IMG/VR virus record: IMGVR_UViG_3300013383_000017
Location: 32,001 to 96,000 of that record
From: a virus
Lineage: Duplodnaviria > Caudoviricetes
Reading direction: 5' to 3' (one strand)
DNA length: 64,000 nucleotides
The first letter of the stretch is position 1. Each line of letters starts with the position of its first letter. The position numbers and the translations under genes are program-made. This document shows positions 1-8,147 of the stretch, in pieces. The notes below the pieces were generated by a model, which did no database searches, had not been told where the DNA came from, and saw only the letters and a program-made list of their open reading frames with translations.

Positions 1-119
1 GAGCGTTTTAGAAGGGTTTTTGTGGGTCGGTATGTTTGCAGTAGCACTGCAAGTTCTGACAGCTCCACGCGTGCACATGCACACACGCACCACACGCGCG
101 CTCATACACCACCCCACCG

Positions 120-208
120 CCGTGAATTTTTAGCCCGTGGATTTTTAAGAAGAAAGGGATACACCCAATAGGATGCATCCCTCCGTGAATTTTCAGTCCG
201 TGAATTTT
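120..208 (+). repeat. Four direct repeats CCGTG(A/G)ATTTT
   Basis: Copies at 120-130, 135-145, 183-193 and 198-208. Preceded by a CA/CG alternating tract (~66-102) and ACCCCACC. Confidence 0.8.
148..182 (-). terminator. Rho-independent terminator ending the leftward operon
   Basis: Minus strand AGGGATGCATCC-TATTG-GGTGTATCCCT followed by TTCTTCTT, just after the 208..495 gene. Confidence 0.65.
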
Positions 209-495
209 CAGAATGGTAGGTCGTCTTTGCCCTCGTCTGCCTTTGCTATTTGTGCAGTTGGTGAATTTTTGACATGTTCAGGGTCGCTCCACTCGTCGGG
301 CTTTAAGTCTGCAATATAGATAGCCTTTTTGGCTTCTTTATCCCATATCGTTATCGTATGCGTTGCCCCGAATTTGGACGGCTCCCGCAACTCGGATACA
401 CTGATATACACGCCTTTCAATCCTTGGTTGGTTGTTTGTACTAACTCTTTGGGAATACTACTTAATCTCAAAAATCCTTTTAATCTCTGTGACAT
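208..495 (-). CDS. Single-stranded DNA-binding-like protein (Bacteroidetes phage type)
   Basis: Small beta-rich protein ending in the acidic SSB tip DDLPF. Confidence 0.6.
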   Translation of the reverse strand: MSQRLKGFLRLSSIPKELVQTTNQGLKGVYISVSELREPSKFGATHTITIWDKEAKKAIYIADLKPDEWSDPEHVKNSPTAQIAKADEGKDDLPF

Positions 496-516
496 AAATT
501 TTTAGTTTTTAATGGT

Positions 517-798
517 TTATGAATTTTTAGTTTTGTTTTCTTTTTCGTTGATGACCGAAAATAATTGCATAAATTTTGCTCTCTTTTCGGGATGATGGAC
601 TAAAAAAGCGGCTACTACTGGTAGTAATATCAGCTCTATTTCCGACCTCTGCTCAATTGCTATATATACACTTGATGCAATCTCATTTCCCATCCCTTTG
701 AGACTTAAAGTTATATCTTCTTCCCCTTTTGCAATTATAAATGCCCTTTCGCATTCATTTACTAATTGGTCTGTCAATTCTTCAATTTTATTTTTCAT
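517..798 (-). CDS. Hypothetical protein
   Basis: ATG-started ORF packed in the leftward operon. Confidence 0.7.
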   Translation of the reverse strand: MKNKIEELTDQLVNECERAFIIAKGEEDITLSLKGMGNEIASSVYIAIEQRSEIELILLPVVAAFLVHHPEKRAKFMQLFSVINEKENKTKNS

Positions 799-1510
799 AC
801 TCTTTTATCCTTGCGACCGCTCTATTGTAGTGGTCTTTGTTCAACTCGTAACCTATGTAATTTCTCTTCTCTAAAATGCACGCCACCGCGGTTGTTCCAC
901 TGCCCATGCAATTATCTAATACTACTCCGTCAGGCTTCGTGTACATCCGCACTAACATCCGTATCAGTTCAAGCGGCTTCTGCGTTGCTACTACCTGCGT
1001 GCGCTCCTTTGGGATATTGAGGATGCTCGTTGGAAACCCTCGCCGTGGTTGCCTTTCAGTCTTTCTGACATGCGCGAATGTTACTCCATTCCTACACTCT
1101 ATTCGCTTCGCTTCCACCCTCTCTATTCCACTATCGTAATAATGTGGATTTTTATCCCCAAATACACAAATGCTCTCGTGCTTATTGATGGGCTTCGTGT
1201 GTGCGAGGAAGAAATCCGTGCCGTTGTTCTTCGCCCAAATCAACTCGTATCTAAACCACTTCGGGTTACTGCTTATCAGTTCGCCAAGATACGCACCCGA
1301 TGCAAACAAAATCACATTTCCTCCCTTTACAAGCACCCTCTTCCACTGCTTCCACAACTCCGATAGGTCTATTTGGTTATCCCATCTGTTGTTTTTGCAC
1401 CTATTTACAGCTCTACTCGGTAGGTCACAAATGATTGTATCTATACATCCGTCGGGTAGGCCTTTCAAACCCTCTAAACAATCCTCGTTATATATCTGAT
1501 TTACTAACAT
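788..1510 (-). CDS. DNA N6-adenine/N4-cytosine methyltransferase (beta class), variant motif IV
   Basis: IYNEDCLEG start, motif IV DLPS (normally DPPY/DLPY), TQKPLEL, motif I LDNCMGSGTT, GYEL. Confidence 0.85.
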   Translation of the reverse strand: MLVNQIYNEDCLEGLKGLPDGCIDTIICDLPSRAVNRCKNNRWDNQIDLSELWKQWKRVLVKGGNVILFASGAYLGELISSNPKWFRYELIWAKNNGTDFFLAHTKPINKHESICVFGDKNPHYYDSGIERVEAKRIECRNGVTFAHVRKTERQPRRGFPTSILNIPKERTQVVATQKPLELIRMLVRMYTKPDGVVLDNCMGSGTTAVACILEKRNYIGYELNKDHYNRAVARIKEYEK

Positions 1511-1952
1511 ATTTTCCTCGTATCTTTTTGAAGATTAAATACATAACTTTCCCATATTCGTCCATAAATCGGATGCCCGTAACTACATTATCCACCATAT
1601 CCACCGAAATTTTTATTTGGTTGTCTTTGTAGCGATAGTTCAGTGCCATTACCGCCTGTCTTAACCCGTCTGCAAAGAGTTTTGCGTCGTCTTCGCTAAA
1701 TACCACATTTAGATACCTGCTTACCGCGTTGTGTATCTCTATAACCTTTCTATGCGGTGTCATTGCGTTGTTAATGCTATGTAAGATATATTCTCCCATC
1801 TTGTCTTTTATTCCTCCTATGATGTCATTTATATCCTTGTCGAGCAATCCGCGTATCTCCTCGCTAATCTCCATCTCCTCTGTCGTTGCCCTGCGTGGTA
1901 GATTTTTGACTGCATCCGATATCCTCCGTCTGCGTCGTACTTTATGCTCCAT
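1488..1952 (-). CDS. Hypothetical protein
   Basis: ORF overlapping its neighbours in the operon. Confidence 0.65.
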   Translation of the reverse strand: MEHKVRRRRRISDAVKNLPRRATTEEMEISEEIRGLLDKDINDIIGGIKDKMGEYILHSINNAMTPHRKVIEIHNAVSRYLNVVFSEDDAKLFADGLRQAVMALNYRYKDNQIKISVDMVDNVVTGIRFMDEYGKVMYLIFKKIRGKYVSKSDI

Positions 1953-2223
1953 TCTTCTTTTTCTCCCTCGCTCTCCTTTGGTATTCCCTCACCTTGTCGG
2001 GGTTGTTCTTAACCCATTCGCGCTGATACTCTCGCAACTCGTCTGCTTTCGCTCTGTGTTGCTCTTGTACCTTTTCTTTGTTCTTCTCGTACCACTTCTT
2101 TTGATACTCTTTCACCTTTTCGGGGTTCTTCTTCGCCCATTTAATAGCACGAGCACTCACTTCTTTTTTGTGCCTCTCCCGATAAATTCGGGCATACTCT
2201 TTTGCTTTCTCTTTCGTTACCAT
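1942..2223 (-). CDS. Basic helical repeat protein (WxKxNPEKVKEYQ repeats)
   Basis: Two NP(E/D)KV(K/R)EYQ repeats. Paralog of 2217..2531. Confidence 0.7.
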   Translation of the reverse strand: MVTKEKAKEYARIYRERHKKEVSARAIKWAKKNPEKVKEYQKKWYEKNKEKVQEQHRAKADELREYQREWVKNNPDKVREYQRRAREKKKNGA

Positions 2224-2531
2224 TTTTTTTGTTCTTCTTGTATTCTAATACCCTTTGCTCGGTTCTTCTCATACCACCTCTTTTGATACTCTTTCACCTT
2301 TTCGGGGTTCTTCTTTGCCCATTCGCGTTGATATGCATTCCGCTCATCGCGATGCATCTCCTGATGCTTTTTTAGGTACGCTCTCCGTTGCTCTTTCTGC
2401 TCCTCTGTCATCCTCTCCCTGCGGCGTCGCTCGACATCCCTCCAATACTCTCTGTATCCATCGGGGTCGTTGGTCTTCCACTCTTCGCGGTATTGACGCA
2501 TGTATTCCTTTATGTATTCTTTTCTATTCAT
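2217..2531 (-). CDS. Basic helical repeat protein, paralog of 1942..2223
   Basis: Shares WAKKNPEKVKEYQK and a 33-nt identical DNA stretch (2101-2133 vs 2283-2315). Confidence 0.7.
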   Translation of the reverse strand: MNRKEYIKEYMRQYREEWKTNDPDGYREYWRDVERRRRERMTEEQKEQRRAYLKKHQEMHRDERNAYQREWAKKNPEKVKEYQKRWYEKNRAKGIRIQEEQKKW

Positions 2532-3376
2532 TTTTTTTTAATCCTAAAATAATCTCTCATAAACTCTTCGGGCGTCTGCTCTAATGGAAACATCCCGGTT
2601 GTCTTCTTAATATAGTCCTCCGAATTTTTACAAAACAACTCGGAATACATTAAATTCCAAGCATTGCGCTTGAACACATCTTCGGATATCTTTCCCCCCC
2701 TATTGTCATAGTACCTTTGTATCCTCTTTATAACTAAATTGAGTAATTGTGGGTACTGCTTCCATTGTTCTATCTGCTTTGTCTGACTTGCAAGCGGACA
2801 TCCGATGCATCCCAATCGTCTTTCGGGATGGAACTTCCCCTGCTCGTCATAATAGACGGGTGCACACTTTATTCCTCGCTCCTCGATAAACTCCGCCACA
2901 TCCTCCAAAGTCCAATCCAATATAGGGTAATATGCCCTTACTTTGGGCTTTCCTTTCATCTTCTTGTATATCCTGCACTCTTCGGGTTCGTGATATCGCT
3001 TTGCTCTTGCTGTACTTTCATCTGCTCTCACTCCCATTATTGCACGAGGTAAAATTGGATACTCTTTTAACACTCCACAGCAAAACCGCCTAAACCTTGA
3101 CGGCTTTCCGCGCTTCTCTATTAACTGCAAAAAAGTCTGTTCGGGGCGTCTAATCTCCACTCCCATATCCTTGCAGTGCTTTATAGTACCTATGGGGTCT
3201 ATCGTGGTCATCTTGTAGATAGCGCGGTAGTTGATGCCTGCCATCTTCGCTAACTCCAAGCACACATCACTATCCTTGCCGCCCGAATAGGCTACCTCGA
3301 TTGGTCCATCCTCCGTCGGAATGGCTTGCAGTAGCCGTATGGCTCTATCTACTTTCTTTTTCAACCTCTCTGTCAT
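2528..3376 (-). CDS. Phosphoadenosine phosphosulfate (PAPS) reductase family protein
   Basis: PP-loop YSGGKDS, FCCGVLKE, GVRADES and RLGCIGCP (Fe-S Cys). Likely start MTERLKK at 3376 (ATGA overlap with the upstream gene). Confidence 0.9.
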   Translation of the reverse strand: MTERLKKKVDRAIRLLQAIPTEDGPIEVAYSGGKDSDVCLELAKMAGINYRAIYKMTTIDPIGTIKHCKDMGVEIRRPEQTFLQLIEKRGKPSRFRRFCCGVLKEYPILPRAIMGVRADESTARAKRYHEPEECRIYKKMKGKPKVRAYYPILDWTLEDVAEFIEERGIKCAPVYYDEQGKFHPERRLGCIGCPLASQTKQIEQWKQYPQLLNLVIKRIQRYYDNRGGKISEDVFKRNAWNLMYSELFCKNSEDYIKKTTGMFPLEQTPEEFMRDYFRIKKK

Positions 3377-3816
3377 AACAATACAACCAATATGATTACC
3401 AATGCCAAGTGTAATGCTACGGATAATTGAATGCTCTCGTGGATTGCCCTCTTTTTGTTCTCCCCTACTAAATCGTCCGCCCAATGCTCGGTATAGAAGT
3501 GACGATAATTTTTACCCCTATGTAAGCAAGCGTGTAAAAGGCTCGGCAAACCCACTATAAGCAAGTAGAACCACCCAAGTATCAGCGACTGCTTATAATG
3601 CCCTATTTCGTGCCTTTCTGTGACGCAAGATAGGTCTTTAAAGACATTGAACTCGCAGAAGATAAATTCCCCTAACGATACACTGCCGCGCATCAGTTCT
3701 GAATAGTATATCTTCTTCCCATCCACATACTTCGTCGTGTCGGGTCTTAATATCACCCACAACAACGCCCCTAATAGCGTCTGTGGAAGTGTCCAAAGAA
3801 TTTTTATTATTTTCAT
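3373..3816 (-). CDS. Membrane-associated HExxH metallopeptidase-like protein
   Basis: WTLPQTLLG...RHEIGHYKQS...FYTEHWAD. Paralog of 10125..10520. Confidence 0.7.
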   Translation of the reverse strand: MKIIKILWTLPQTLLGALLWVILRPDTTKYVDGKKIYYSELMRGSVSLGEFIFCEFNVFKDLSCVTERHEIGHYKQSLILGWFYLLIVGLPSLLHACLHRGKNYRHFYTEHWADDLVGENKKRAIHESIQLSVALHLALVIILVVLL

Positions 3817-4028
3817 ATCTCTTTTTCGTATGTCAGTCCTATCGTTGGGATGCTATCCTTTCGCATCCGCAGATACATCCTGCCCGTCAAAACAAATGCT
3901 ATCCTCTCTAACAGATTTCCTCGATAGCGAAGGGTAAATCCGTCTTTTTCTTTCCTTATGGGGACATTCCCACTCGTCCCCGTGCAATCGCTAAAATATA
4001 CTATTTTCATCTTCCAATTAATTTCCAA
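3813..4028 (-). CDS. Hypothetical protein
   Basis: Operon-packed ORF. Confidence 0.6.
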   Translation of the reverse strand: MEINWKMKIVYFSDCTGTSGNVPIRKEKDGFTLRYRGNLLERIAFVLTGRMYLRMRKDSIPTIGLTYEKEI

Positions 4029-4642
4029 TAATTATTTAATTCAATCCTAAATACCTCGCTCTTGTAGTATCCGCAACTCTCCCTTTCGGGACATCTCCCT
4101 CGATAGATGCAGTTCGGCACCATCATTGCTCCCATATCGGGGTCTTGCTCGGTTATTGCTTTCTTGACCAGCGTCCAAGCCTGCCGCGTTTCGGGACTTG
4201 CGCAACTACAAAGTCGCTTCCTGCTTATGTTTATAAGCGTTTGAGCGTTGACATAAAAGTCCTGCTCGTTGCGCTCTCCCTGCAACATAAAGTCCCTTGC
4301 CCTCCAATCCAAATACTGCTCTGCATCCGCTTTCAGTATCTGCATCACCTTTTCCGTCTGCTTCGCCACTGCCTTGTTCCTATCCTCTCTCTGCGAATGG
4401 ATGAACGGAAGTGTATGCTCGTGCCTTAACAAGTGCACACCTACCCACTGACGCAAATTTTTGAAACTTATCCGATACTCAACTAACTTTATTTGTGAGT
4501 GCTCCGCAAAAAGGGACATCCGCTTCCATTCGGCGGATGGCTCTTTCTTTATTGGCTCTTTCCCTGCCGTTCTTCTCGCGGCATTCAAAGCCCTATTCCA
4601 CGAGGTCTCCTGTATAACCTCTACTGACAACTGCTTTTCCAT
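4007..4642 (-). CDS. thyX: Flavin-dependent thymidylate synthase-like protein
   Basis: AEHS, HLLRH...SQREDR, NAQTLINISRKRLC and a C-terminal Cys cluster, typical of phage ThyX-like proteins. ATG at 4642. Confidence 0.7.
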   Translation of the reverse strand: MEKQLSVEVIQETSWNRALNAARRTAGKEPIKKEPSAEWKRMSLFAEHSQIKLVEYRISFKNLRQWVGVHLLRHEHTLPFIHSQREDRNKAVAKQTEKVMQILKADAEQYLDWRARDFMLQGERNEQDFYVNAQTLINISRKRLCSCASPETRQAWTLVKKAITEQDPDMGAMMVPNCIYRGRCPERESCGYYKSEVFRIELNNYWKLIGR

Positions 4643-4785
4643 TGCCCTTGACAAATCTTTTTATAGGCTTCGGGTGCTGTTATCCAATCCCCCTTAAATT
4701 CCCTAAACTTCGCACATAAGTGCAAGTATCGGTTACCACCGCGCAGTCGCTTCCACTGCAAGTATTTGCACCCGTAACACCTCAT
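4621..4785 (-). CDS. Small Cys-rich protein (54 aa, not in ORF track)
   Basis: MRCYGCKYLQWKRLRGGNRYLHLCAKFREFKGDWITAPEAYKKICQGQWKSSCQ. ATG overlaps the upstream stop (ATGA). Confidence 0.6.
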   Translation of the reverse strand: MRCYGCKYLQWKRLRGGNRYLHLCAKFREFKGDWITAPEAYKKICQGQWKSSCQ

Positions 4786-5222
4786 TTCCTATGTGGTATT
4801 GTTACATCCATATCACCACGCCTAAAACGCGGAGCAATTATCCTTATATCTCCACCATTCTCTAACCAATCTATAATTTTCTGACCAACTCCAAAACCTA
4901 TCCCCATAGATGTTCCCGTCGATAGACAATCAAAAGCGACTTTCATCTTTTCTTGTAGGGTATTATCCTTGTAAAACCCAACCAATACGCTCACACTTTC
5001 ATCGCTATCATAGTCGAATATGCCGTTCTTAACACCAATGCAGAAAACATCATTTCCACTCCTGTAAAAAGCACTATATTCGGCATCTTGGTATAGATAT
5101 ATAAAATACTCCTCCGTGCCCTTTAACTCATCGGGTTCATGATAACTTGAAACCCAACCATTCTGCGCTACTGCTGTCATCCCGACCAACAAAGCGACCA
5201 TTATTGCCATTATCTTTTTCAT
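4782..5222 (-). CDS. Secreted/periplasmic hypothetical protein
   Basis: Sec signal peptide MKKIMAIMVALLVGMTAVA-QNGW. N-terminus resembles 11579..12019. Confidence 0.7.
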   Translation of the reverse strand: MKKIMAIMVALLVGMTAVAQNGWVSSYHEPDELKGTEEYFIYLYQDAEYSAFYRSGNDVFCIGVKNGIFDYDSDESVSVLVGFYKDNTLQEKMKVAFDCLSTGTSMGIGFGVGQKIIDWLENGGDIRIIAPRFRRGDMDVTIPHRK

Positions 5223-5236
5223 ATCTTTTTTTTTAA

Positions 5237-5354
5237 TCCGCTATGGTAGGACTTGAACCTACATCCCTCGCAAATGCGTGCCTGCTTAAAATTTAACTTC
5301 ACTTAAAATTCCCACGCACTCCAAGTGTTCATACCAATTATACCACATAGCGGA
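5237..5354 (-). ncRNA. tRNA-like RNA with the anticodon arm replaced by a long hairpin
   Basis: Acceptor TCCGCTATG/CATAGCGGA, D arm GTATAATTGGTATGAAC, T arm GTAGG-TTCAAGT-CCTAC. About 51 nt replace the anticodon loop. Confidence 0.7.
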
Positions 5355-5358
5355 TATG

Positions 5359-5646
5359 TTATTTAATCATTCCACTATCGCATACAACTACATTCCCCAT
5401 TATTACATCCCATATCGGGATTACATTGTAATTCTGAGCAATCATCGTGGCGGTAGTATTGATTTCCGCGCCATTCAGTTTGCCCTCATCATCGATTACC
5501 ATCAAACGATTATTGTCGTTCAACGATAAAATATCTATTACACGGCATCCGATATGCTCGTATAACTCTTCCAAAGAAAAATCAGTGCCGTTCTTTGGAT
5601 TGATTTCTACCACTGCACCTGTGGTCTTGTATAAAAATGCTTTCAT
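5359..5646 (-). CDS. DUF3846-like protein
   Basis: PKNGTDFSLEELY...MVIDDEGKL...N..AT...IMGNVVVC pattern. Confidence 0.75.
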   Translation of the reverse strand: MKAFLYKTTGAVVEINPKNGTDFSLEELYEHIGCRVIDILSLNDNNRLMVIDDEGKLNGAEINTTATMIAQNYNVIPIWDVIMGNVVVCDSGMIK

Positions 5647-5755
5647 TTTTTTTTATTAATATTTTAAAAAGGGCGTTGTGAGTATTCCAAGACTTATTCC
5701 CCACAAAGAGTTGTCCAAAATCACCTCTTGCACTCTCTTCCGACCGCCTTTTATG

Positions 5756-6034
5756 TTACCGGGTTTTGCGCCATGCGTGCCAATGCATGGCTCCATCCCT
5801 CGAAAAGTAAGTCTCCCTCTCCCAATTCATTCCTCCCTTTTCCGGAACGAATGCATCAACCTGCACCCTGCCTCTCTCTGCCCGGTCTGAACACCCGTTT
5901 TTCCGCATGCAGTCCCGGACAAACTGCATTGCAGTTTCGAGAGAGAAGTGGTCGAAGTCTCCCTCGAACCACCCCTCTCTAAAAAACATATTTCCTTGGG
6001 TAAAGAACATTACCCAAACCCTCATTGTATTCAT
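5756..6034 (-). CDS. Hypothetical protein
   Basis: Likely start MNTMRVW at ~6034 after AAAGGAGG. Confidence 0.6.
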   Translation of the reverse strand: MNTMRVWVMFFTQGNMFFREGWFEGDFDHFSLETAMQFVRDCMRKNGCSDRAERGRVQVDAFVPEKGGMNWERETYFSRDGAMHWHAWRKTR

Positions 6035-6064
6035 ATTTCCTCCTTTTTTAATGGTTATTAAATT

Positions 6065-6261
6065 GCCGTCTTTCCGTGCTGCCAAATACACTAACTCTCT
6101 TCTCCACTTTGGTAATGCATCTCTCCCTTGTGGTGCAGCAAGTTTTTATTAAGAGTTCTTGCAACTCTTTATCTTTCTTAAAAATGTCTGTCTTTCCAGA
6201 CTGCCAAATGCACAAACCATCTTGTCCGCTCTGATAATGCATCTCTTTCTCACGGCGCAGC
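6065..6261 (-). ncRNA. Two tandem 75-nt structured RNA repeats (6187-6261 and 6065-6139)
   Basis: Ungapped alignment about 70% identical, with structure-preserving substitutions and a conserved GGAAAGAC loop. Downstream of the promoter at 6468-6499. Confidence 0.6.
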
Positions 6262-6467
6262 CCCTTGTCACCCTTCATGAGCACTGGGATAACTTTAAGG
6301 TTATCATTCTACCTTTTTTTAGATGGTGAGGTTTCCATCACACGACTATTTCAAGTCGTCTCCAAGATTACACATGCTATTGGGTATTTATAGCACCTTG
6401 ACCTCTCGGAGTATATTTTTCAGGATTTCAATCCGTCATTTTTCAGACTTCCGCGTTGTTTGTATTG

Positions 6468-6499
6468 CAAAGGTATAACGAATATTTGAATTATGCAAA
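6468..6499 (-). promoter_or_regulatory. Bacteroidetes sigma70 promoter
   Basis: Minus strand TTTG (-33) ... TACCTTTG (-7, TAnnTTTG). Confidence 0.8.
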
Positions 6500-6504
6500 T
6501 ATTT

Positions 6505-6918
6505 TTAGAAAAAATTATACTCTTTTTTTAACTTTTTTATCGTGACATCATTCTTCTCCTTGATTTTCATACCCTTACGAGTTGGTGCGTGCTCCCATAA
6601 ATTATGACAACTTATACACAACATATTCGTATTTCGTGGGTCGTGTGCCATTTCGGGGTGCGCCCCCCTCGTTAAAATATGGCTAACATTAAATGCAGAC
6701 GGCCAATATAACGGCTTTCCACACTCCTCGCAGATATGCGGCTTGTGCTCTATTACCCATTTGTAAAACTTCGCATTGCCCTCCGCGTTATTCTTGCCAA
6801 AAAGCCGTTTCTGCACGCTTATCCGCAACTCGTGGCTCATTGGTAGTCTTTCGTCTATAAGTGGCTCATAGCCCCTCTTTTGGGCGTATAAATACTCCTC
6901 GTCAGTCGTTAATAGCAT
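6505..6918 (-). CDS. HNH-family nuclease (NinG-like)
   Basis: CEECG...SHIL...MAHDPRN...LCISCH. Confidence 0.75.
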   Translation of the reverse strand: MLLTTDEEYLYAQKRGYEPLIDERLPMSHELRISVQKRLFGKNNAEGNAKFYKWVIEHKPHICEECGKPLYWPSAFNVSHILTRGAHPEMAHDPRNTNMLCISCHNLWEHAPTRKGMKIKEKNDVTIKKLKKEYNFF

Positions 6919-7327
6919 CGTTGATTATCGTATAATAATTTTCAGCCCCATATCTCTGTACCCAAGCAATCGCTTCAACCGCTTCCGCAGTGTCTAATTC
7001 TTCCCACTCCCTCACCCTTACTTTCCACTTCCCCTCCTCTCTTATCTCCTCGCAGAAGACAGGGCACTCCCTCCGTATCTTGTCGTATACTCCCTGCTCC
7101 GTCAAGTCCTCTCCGTTCTCGTACATTGCCCTCTGCATCTCCTGCAAGACATACCCGAAAAAATAGGCTTTCATCTTCTTGCTCGGCTCCTTGCTCTGTA
7201 TCTCCGCTCGCAGAATTATATTGCAGTTGGGATGCAGTTTGCAGAACTCCTCTAACTCTGCCCACCGCATCCCTAACTCTCCCTTACTGTCTATCTTGCC
7301 CCATAGGGTCTTCTTTCGCACTCTCAT
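6902..7327 (-). CDS. Hypothetical protein (possibly NinB-like)
   Basis: SKKMKAYFFGYV motif and position next to the HNH gene. Confidence 0.5.
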   Translation of the reverse strand: MRVRKKTLWGKIDSKGELGMRWAELEEFCKLHPNCNIILRAEIQSKEPSKKMKAYFFGYVLQEMQRAMYENGEDLTEQGVYDKIRRECPVFCEEIREEGKWKVRVREWEELDTAEAVEAIAWVQRYGAENYYTIINDAIND

Positions 7328-7487
7328 TCAATATCTCCTTTATCTTCTCTCGCATTCGCAGTGCTTGCGCGAATGTTTCAAAGTAATTCCCACTTTTCTT
7401 CAACTCTCTCTCCCAAGATAGATTATCACTGCTACTCTCTATCTCTCCGAATACATTTAGCCAATATATCTTTTTATCTTCTGCCAT
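7284..7487 (-). CDS. Hypothetical protein
   Basis: Ends GNYFETFAQA...IKEIL, a common small phage protein pattern. Confidence 0.6.
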   Translation of the reverse strand: MAEDKKIYWLNVFGEIESSSDNLSWERELKKSGNYFETFAQALRMREKIKEILNESAKEDPMGQDRQ

Positions 7488-7732
7488 AGTGTTTCCTCCT
7501 TTTTCTTTTCGGGGATGTAATAGGTCGCAAATCTGACTATCTTACCCGTCTTTTTTGATTTCATCGTCTTGAATTCCGTTACTACCTCGATACCCTCCTC
7601 CCTCAACGCCTTTCGTACTCTCGATATTACCGCAGTGTGGTTGCCTATGCCGTAATCGAATAACATATTTAATTGCGTTAGCGTCTTGCCCTCTAATAGG
7701 GCTTGTTTGGTTATTTCGTTTTGATTTTCCAT
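7457..7732 (-). CDS. Winged helix-turn-helix protein
   Basis: ALLEGKTLTQLNMLFDYGIGNHTAVISRVR...FATYYI. Likely start MENQNE at 7732. Confidence 0.65.
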   Translation of the reverse strand: MENQNEITKQALLEGKTLTQLNMLFDYGIGNHTAVISRVRKALREEGIEVVTEFKTMKSKKTGKIVRFATYYIPEKKKEETLWQKIKRYIG

Positions 7733-7736
7733 TGTG

Positions 7737-8147
7737 TTATATTTTAATGTTATCTGCTTTTTCCGCAATTCCATTGCACCTCATAAGATGTTGCAATTCG
7801 TGGAGGTAATGTATAGGTAACTCTTCTCCATACATATCGTAATTAACATAAATCCCATCATCATATACCATAAGACTAAAATAATTATAATAACCCTCTA
7901 TTGCATATTCCCACTCACAATCAATGTTAGATGGGTGCTTATAGCCAGCCTTGGCTAACACATCCTTTGTTAGTGGTATGCCATAACATGGGTAATCTTT
8001 GTCGTCAAACTCCCACGGGTCGCCCTCGTTGCCCTCAAAGTTAGCGTAACAATAATTCTCTCCCACCATTTCTATCTGCATCGGAAATCCGTGCTCGTCC
8101 ATTATCCAATCCCCTACCATAAGGGATGCACATTTAATCTCGTTCAT
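7737..8147 (-). CDS. Hypothetical protein (LMVGDW...HELQ family)
   Basis: Tandem paralog of 8144..8539. Confidence 0.7.
   Translation of the reverse strand: MNEIKCASLMVGDWIMDEHGFPMQIEMVGENYCYANFEGNEGDPWEFDDKDYPCYGIPLTKDVLAKAGYKHPSNIDCEWEYAIEGYYNYFSLMVYDDGIYVNYDMYGEELPIHYLHELQHLMRCNGIAEKADNIKI

Noticed and set aside
788-4642. A dedicated DNA hypermodification or phosphorothioation system (MTase, PAPS reductase, ThyX)
   Set aside because: These genes are common and scattered in Bacteroidetes phages, and no Dnd, 7-deazaguanine or transferase partners are present.
6065-6261. CRISPR mini-array
   Set aside because: Only two diverged 75-nt copies, too long and too dissimilar for CRISPR repeats, and no cas genes.
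6048-6284. 78-aa ORF spanning the RNA repeats
   Set aside because: The two repeats are 122 nt apart and fall in different frames of this ORF, and their substitutions preserve base pairing, which favours RNA function.
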